64,000 nt of DNA from the human T2T-CHM13v2.0 reference genome, Homo sapiens. A program made the position numbers and the translations under genes. The stretch lies in assembly GCF_009914755.1 (NCBI RefSeq), contig NC_060948.1, one strand, 5' to 3'. Below the pieces are notes generated by a model. It searched no databases. It was given only the letters and a program-made list of their open reading frames with translations, and was not told the DNA's origin. Of this stretch, positions 56,534-64,000 are shown piece by piece (positions within the stretch are counted from its first letter, which is position 1; each line of letters starts with the position of its first letter).

Positions 56534-59500
56534 ATGGAATCGAACCACAAGGAATGGACAGGAATAGAATGGTCTCGAATTGAATGGAATCGTATGGAAT
56601 GGCATCAAACGGAATGGAATGGACAGCCACGGAATGGAATGCACTCGAATGCAATGGAGTCGAACCTAATGGACTGGAATAGAATGGACTCGACTGGTAC
56701 GGACTCCAATGGAATGGAATCGAATGGAAGGGAATCGAACGGAATGGACTCGAAGGGAAAAGACTGCAATGGAAAGGTCTCGAATGGAATGGAAATTAAT
56801 GGAATGGAATGGAATCGAATGAAATGGAGTCAAAAGGAATGGAATCGAATGGCAAGAAATCGAATGTAATGGAATCGCAAGGAATTGATGTGAACGGAAC
56901 GGAATGGAATGGAATCCAAAGAAATGGAATAGAATGGAATGGAATCGAATGGAAAGAACTCGAATGGAAATCACTCGAATAGAATGCAATTTAATAAAAG
57001 AGGATGAAATGCAATTGAATGGAATGGAAAGGAATCGAAACGAAAGGAATGGAGACAGATGGAATGGAATGGAACAGAGAGCAATGGTATAGAATGGAAT
57101 GGAATCATCTGGAATGGAATTGAATGGAATGGAATAATATGAAATGGAATGGAATGGAATGGAATGCCCTTGAATTAAATGGACTGGAATGGAATGGACT
57201 CGAACAGAGTGGAATGGAATGTGTTGAGATAGAATGGAATAGACTCCTTTGGAATGGTCTAATATGCAATGCAATCAACTGGCAGGGAATCAAAAGGAAT
57301 GTAATCGAATGGATTGGACTGGAATGCAATGGACTCGAATAGATTGGAAACGGAATGCAAAGGAATGGAATGGAATAGTATGGAATGGAATGGAAAGGAA
57401 TGGAGTGGAATAGACTAGAGTGGAATGGAATGGACTCGAAAGCAATGGACTGGAATGGAACTTTCTTGAATGGACTGGAATCAAACGGAATGGAATGCAA
57501 TGCAATCAAATGGCATGGAATAAAATAGAATGAAAGAGAATCAAATGGAATTGAATCGAATGGAATCGAATGGATTGGAAAGGAATAGAATGGAATGGAA
57601 TGGAATTGACTCAAATGGAATGGACTAGAATGGAATGGATTCGAATGGAAGGCAAAGGAATGGAATCTATTGGAATGGACAGCAATGGAATGGAAAGGAA
57701 GGGATTGGAATGGACTCGAATGGAATGGACTGCAATAGAAAGGATTCGAATGGAATGAAAAAGAATTGAATGGAATAGAACAGAATGGAATCAAATCGAA
57801 TGAAATGGAATGGAATAGAAAGGAATGGAATGAAATGGAATGGAAAGGATTCGAATGGAATGCAATCGAATGGAATGGAATCGAACGGAATGTAATAAAA
57901 TGGAAGAAAACTGGCAAGAAATGGAATCGAAATGAATGGAGTGTTATGGAACGGACTCCAAAGGAATTGAATGTAATAGAATGGAGTGGAGTGGACTCGA
58001 ATATAATGGACTGGAATGGAATGAAATCACATGGAATGGGAACGAATGGAATGGAATGGAAAGGAATGGAATCGAATGGAAAGGAATCGAATGGAAGGGA
58101 ATGAAATTGAATCAACAGGAATGGAAGGGAATAGAATAGACGGTAATGGAATGCACTCGAATAGAATGGACACGAATGCTCAAATTGAATGGACTCGAAT
58201 GGAATGGAAACGAAAGGAATGTCATCGAATGGAATTGAATCGATTGGAATGAAATGGCATAGAATGGAGTGGAATCAAATGGAATTGAATCGAAAGGAAA
58301 GGAAGCGAATGGACTGAAATGAAATGGAATGGAATTGAATGGAAAGTAAAGCAATGGAATAGAATGGAACGAAATTTCACGGAATGGAATCAAACTGAAT
58401 GGAATCAAATCAATGGAATATAATCAAATGGAATGGAAAGGAATTGAATGGAGTAGATGGGATTGGATGGGATTGGAATGAAATGTACTGGAAAGGACTC
58501 GAAGTTCATGAAACGGAATGGAATGAATTGGAACGGAATGGACTCGAATGGAATGGAATGTCATGGAATGGCATCAAATGGAATGGCATCAAATGGAATG
58601 GAATCGAATGCAATGGAATGCTATGGAATGGAATGGAATGCATTAGAATGGAATGTCCTCTAATGGAATGGATTCGAGTGGAATGGAATCGAATATAATG
58701 GAGTCGAATGAAATGGAATTGAAAGGAATGGGATCGAATACAATGGAATATACTGGAATGTAATGTAATGAACTCGAATGTAATTGACTGGAATGGAATG
58801 TACATGAATGGAATGTAATCGAATGGAAAGTAATCCAATGGAATAGAATCTAATGCAATAAAATCGACTCAGATAGAGTAGAATGTAATGGAATGGAGTG
58901 CAGTACAATGGAATGGAATGGAATGGAATGCAATGGAATGGAATGGAATGGGATGGAATGGTATGGAATGGATAGTAATGGACTGGAGTGAAATGGACTG
59001 GAAAGGAATGGACTCAAATTGAAAGGGCTCGAAAGGAATGGAGTCAAATGGAATGGTCTGGAATGGAATGAACACGAATGTAATGCAATCCAATAGAATG
59101 GAATCGAATGGCATGGAATATAAAGAAATGGAATCGAAGAGAATGGAAACAAACGGAATGGAATTGAATGGAATGGAATTGAATGGAATGGGAACGAATG
59201 GAGTGAAATTGTATGCAGTAGAAGAGAATAGAATGGAATGCAAGCGAAAGGAAAGGAATGGATTGGAATGGAATGGAACTCATTGGAATGGAAGGGAATG
59301 TAGTGTAATGGACAGGCCTGGAATAAAGTGGAATGCTACGGTCTCGAATGGAATAAAAATGTATGGAATGGAATGCAATGAAACGGAATCGAATGTCATA
59401 GAATGTAATGGAATGCAAAAAAATGGACTCCAAAATCATTGACTGGAAAGGCTGGGTGTCGAAAGGAATTGACTCCAATGAAATGGAATCGAATTGAATG

Positions 59501-60067
59501 GAAGTGAATAGAATCGATCTAAATCGAATGGAATGGAATTGATAGGAACGGAATGGAAAGGAATGAAATGATGTGGCATGGAATGGAATCGAATGGCATC
59601 GAATGGAATGGAATGGAATGCAATGCAATGGAATGTATTAGAATGTAATGAACTTTAATGGAATGTACTCGAATGGATTCGACTGGAATGGAATGTTCTG
59701 GAAGTGAATGGACTCCAATGGAATGGATTGAAAAGGAATGGAATCGTACGGAATGGAATCTAATGGAATGGAATTAAATGGAAATGAATGAAATTGAATA
59801 GCACGGAATTGAATTGAATGGAATCGAATGCAATGGAATCTAATGAAACGGAAAGGAAAGGAATGGAATGGAATGGAATGGGCTGGATTGGAAAGGAATC
59901 GAAACGAATGGAATGGAATCGAACTGAAGAGACTGGAATGGAATGCACTGGAATGGAAGGGAGTGTAATGGAAGGTTCTCGAAAAAAATGGAATCGAATG
60001 GAATGGAATTGAATGGAACGGAATAGAGTCGAATGGAATTGAATGGAATGGAATGGACTAGAGTGAA
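56534..60067 (+). repeat. DYZ1 unit U17, 3534 bp
   Basis: +15 duplication. EcoRI site lost (GAACTC at 59276-59281). Confidence 0.93.
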
Positions 60068-63000
60068 ATGGAATCGAACCACAAGGAATGGACAGGAATA
60101 GAATGGTCTCGAATTGAATGGAATCGTATGGAATGGCATCAAACGGAATGGAATGGACAGCCACGGAATGGAATGCACTCGAATGCAATGGAGTCGAACC
60201 TAATGGACTGGAATAGAATGGACTCGACTGGTACGGACTCCAATGGAATGGAATCGAATGGAAGGGAATCGAACGGAATGGACTCGAAGGGAAAAGACTG
60301 CAATGGAAAGGTCTCGAATGGAATGGAAATTAATGGAATGGAATGGAATCGAATGAAATGGAGTCAAAAGGAATGGAATCGAATGGCAAGAAATCGAATG
60401 TAATGGAATCGCAAGGAATTGATGTGAACGGAACGGAATGGAATGGAATCCAAAGAAATGGAATAGAATGGAATGGAATCGAATGGAAAGAACTCGAATG
60501 GAAATCACTCGAATAGAATGCAATTTAATAAAATAGGATGAAATGTAATGGAATGGAATGGAAAGGAATCGAAACGAAAGGAATGGAGACAGATGGAATG
60601 GAATGGAACAGAGAGCAATGGTATAGAATGGAATGGAATCATCTGGAATGGAATTGAATGGAATGGAATAATATGAAATGGAATGGAATGGAATGGAATG
60701 GAATGCCCTTGAATTAAATGGACTGGAATGGAATGGACTCGAACAGAGTGGAATGGAAAGTGTTGAGATAGAATGGAATGGACTCCTTTGGAATGGTCTA
60801 GTATGCAATGCAATGGACTGGCAGGGAATCAAAAGGAATGTAATCGAATGGATTGGACTGGAATGCAATGGACTCGAATAGATTGGAAACGGAATGCAAA
60901 GGAATGGAATGGAATAGTATGGAATGGAATGGAAAGGAATGGAGTGGAATAGACTAGAGTGGAATGGAATGGACTCGAAAGCAATGGACTGGAATGGAAC
61001 TTTCTTGAATGGACTGGAATCAAACGGAATGGAATGCAATGCAATCAAATGGCATGGAATAAAATAGAATGAAAGAGAATCAAATGGAATTGAATCGAAT
61101 GGAATCGAATGGATTGGAAAGGAATAGAATGGAATGGAATGGAATTGACTCAAATGGAATGGACTAGAATGGAATGGATTCGAATGGAAGGCAAAGGAAT
61201 GGAATCTATTGGAATGGACAGCAATGGAATGGAAAGGAAGGGATTGGAATGGACTCGAATGGAATGGACTGCAATAGAAAGGATTCGAATGGAATGAAAA
61301 AGAATTGAATGGAATAGAACAGAATGGAATCAAATCGAATGAAATGGAATGGAATAGAAAGGAATGGAATGAAATGGAATGGAAAGGATTCGAATGGAAT
61401 GCAATCGAATGGAATGGAATCGAACGGAATGGAATAAAATGGAAGAAAACTGGCAAGAAATGGAATCGAAATGAATGGAGTGTTATGGAACGGACTCCAA
61501 AGGAATTGAATGTAATAGAATGGAGTGGAGTGGACTCGAATATAATGGACTGGAATGGAATGAAATCACATGGAATGGGAACGAATGGAATGGAATGGAA
61601 AGGAATGGAATCGAATGGAAAGGAATCGAATGGAAGGGAATGAAATTGAATCAACAGGAATGGAAGGGAATAGAATAGACGGTAATGGAATGGACTCGAA
61701 TAGAATGGACACGAATGCTCAAATTGAATGGACTCGAATGGAATGGAAACGAAAGGAATGTCATCGAATGGAATTGAATCGATTGGAATGAAATCGCATA
61801 GAATGGAGTGGAATCAAATGGAATTGAATCGAAAGGAAAGGAAGCGAATGGACTGAAATGAAATGGAATGGAATTGAATGGAAAGTAAAGCAATGGAATA
61901 GAATGGAACGAAATTTCACGGAATGGAATCAAACTGAATGGAATCAAATCAATGGAATATAATCAAATGGAATGGAAAGGAATTGAATGGAGTAGATGGG
62001 ATTGGATGGGATTGGAATGAAATGTACTGGAAAGGACTCGAATTTCATGAAACGGAATGGAATGAATTGGAACGGAATGGACTCGAATGGAATGGAATGT
62101 CATGGAATGGCATCAAATGGAATGGCATCAAATGGAATGGAATCGAATGCAATGGAATGCTATGGAATGGAATGGAATGCATTGGAATGGAATGTCCTCT
62201 AATGGAATGGATTCGAGTGGAATGGAATCGAATATAATGGAGTCGAATGAAATGGAATTGAAAGGAATGGGATCGAATACAATGGAATATACTGGAATGT
62301 AATGTAATGATCTCGAATGTAATTGACTGGAATGGAATGTACATGAATGGAATGTAATCGAATGGAAAGTAATCCAATGGAATAGAATCTAATGCAATAA
62401 AATCGACTCAGATAGAGTAGAATGTAATGGAATGGAGTGCAGTGCAATGAAATGGAATGGAATGCAATGCAATGGAATGGAATGGAATGGGATGGAATGG
62501 TATGGAATGGATAGTAATGGACTGGAGTGAAATGGACTGGAAAGGAATGGACTCAAATTGAAAGGGCTCGAAAGGAATGGAGTCAAATGGAATGGTCTGG
62601 AATGGAATGAACACGAATGTAATGCAATCCAATAGAATGGAATCGAATGGCATGGAATATAAAGAAATGGAATCGAAGAGAATGGAAACAAACGGAATGG
62701 AATTGAATGGAATGGAATTGAATGGAATGGGAACGAATGGAGTGAAATTGTATGCAGTAGAAGAGAATAGAATGGAATGCAAGCGAAAGGAAAGGAATGG
62801 ATTGGAATGGAATGGAATTCATTGGAATGGAAGGGAATGTAGTGTAATGGACAGGCCTGGAATAAAGTGGAATGCTACGGTCTCGAATGGAATAAAAATG
62901 TATGGAATGGAATGCAATGAAACGGAATCGAATGTCAAAGAATGTAATGGAATGCAAAAAAATGGACTCCAAAATCATTGACTGGAAAGGCTGGGTGTCG

Positions 63001-63606
63001 AACGGAATTGACTCCAATGGAATGGAATCGAATGGAATGGAAGTGAATAGAATCGAACTAAATCGAATGGAATGGAATTGATAGGAACGGAATGGAAAGG
63101 AATGAAATGATTTGGCATGGAATGGAATCGAATGGCATCGAATGGAATGGAATGGAATGCAAGGCAATGGAATGTATTAGAATGTAATGAACTTTAATGG
63201 AATGTACTCGAATGGATTCGACTGGAATGGAATGTTCTGGAAGTGAATGGACTCCAATGGAATGGATTCAAAAGGAATGGAATCGTACGGAATGGAATCT
63301 AATGGAATGGAATTAAATGGAAATGAATCAAATTGAATAGCACGGAATTGAATTGAATGGAATCGAATGCAATGGAATCTAATGAAACGGAAAGGAAAGG
63401 AATGGAATGGAATGGAATGGGCTTGAATGGAAAAAAATCGAAACGAATGGAATGGAATCGAACTGAAGAGACTGGAATGGAATGCACTGGAATGGAAGGG
63501 AGTGTAATGGAAGGTTCTCGAAATAAATGGAATCGAATGGAATGGAATTGAATGGAACGGAATAGAGTCGAATGGAATTGAATGGAATGGAATGGACTAG
63601 AGTGAA
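60068..63606 (+). repeat. DYZ1 unit U18, 3539 bp
   Basis: +5 at about 60680-60705, and +15. Confidence 0.93.
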
Positions 63607-64000
63607 ATGGAATCGAACCACAAGGAATGGACAGGAATAGAATGGTCTCGAATTGAATGGAATCGTATGGAATGGCATCAAACGGAATGGAATGGACAGC
63701 CACGGAATGGAATGCACTCGAATGCAATGCAGTCGAACCTAATGGACTGGAATAGAATGGACTCGACTGGTACGGACTCCAATGGAATGGAATCGAATGG
63801 AAGGGAATCGAACGGAATGGACTCGAAGGGAAAAGACTGCAATGGAAAGGTCTCGAATGGAATGGAAATTAATGGAATGGAATGGAATCGAATGAAATGG
63901 AGTCAAAAGGAATGGAATCGAATGGCAAGAAATCGAATGTAATGGAATCGCAAGGAATTGATGTGAACGGAACGGAATGGAATGGAATCCAAAGAAATGG
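63607..64000 (+). repeat. DYZ1 unit U19 (partial, runs off the window end)
   Basis: Anchor at 63607. The sequence continues colinear with U1 60-453. Confidence 0.93.

Larger units (their letters stand above)
1..64000 (+). repeat. DYZ1: Human satellite 3 (HSat3/SatIII) array of the DYZ1 family (Yq12 heterochromatin): diverged (GGAAT)n nested in ~3.5 kb tandem units, all head-to-tail
   Basis: Seen: GGAAT and its variants (CGAAT, TGAAT, GGACT, GCAAT) fill the window. The anchor ATGGAATCGAACCACAAGG recurs at 60, 3579, 7097, 10686, 14205, 17724, 21253, 24772, 28300, 31849, 35367, 38901, 42419, 45938, 49456, 52990, 56534, 60068 and 63607. A typical unit has one GGCC (2826) and one GAATTC (2787). 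Established: DYZ1 is the ~3.4-3.6 kb HaeIII/EcoRI male-specific HSat3 repeat. The Y assignment rests on my recall of the DYZ1 sequence, not on a search. Confidence 0.96.

Noticed and set aside
60-63942. Hundreds of ORFs (MEWNG-type on +, FHSIP-type on -, up to 336 aa per unit)
   Set aside because: Pure (GGAAT)n and (ATTCC)n contain no stop codon in any frame and translate to these 5-residue repeats. The ORFs overlap in several frames, recur with the unit and have no recognisable domain. Not called as CDS.
1-64000. CRISPR-like array, DYZ2/Alu or L1 insertion, strand inversion, telomeric or alpha-satellite sequence
   Set aside because: No unique spacers, no non-pentamer island, and no switch to CATTC orientation anywhere in the window.

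Overview
The whole 64 kb window is one uninterrupted, single-orientation array of human satellite 3 (HSat3/SatIII), a diverged (GGAAT)n pentamer organised into a ~3.5 kb higher-order unit. That unit matches DYZ1, the Yq12 heterochromatin repeat. Evidence: one HaeIII/StuI and one EcoRI site per typical unit, and the segment GGACAGGCCTGGAATAAAGTGGA, which I recall as the classical DYZ1 sexing-primer site. There are 18 complete units of 3518-3589 bp plus partial ends. I see no genes, transposons, Alu/DYZ2 blocks or inversions, and all listed ORFs are artefacts of translating the pentamer. The informative structure is inside the array. (1) Each unit carries three perfect nGAAnnTTCnnGAAn heat-shock elements (53 intact in the window), set in a background of TEAD-type GGAATG motifs. 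(2) There are three separate zones of nascent ~7 kb dimer periodicity. (3) Unit subtype changes between about 17 and 30 kb. (4) Short conversion-like patches occur, some variants are shared across 14-46 kb, and one site per unit is length-hypervariable. I found no new protein-coding system. The best candidate for a functional system is the periodic HSE lattice. All comparisons were made by eye and need confirming by alignment.
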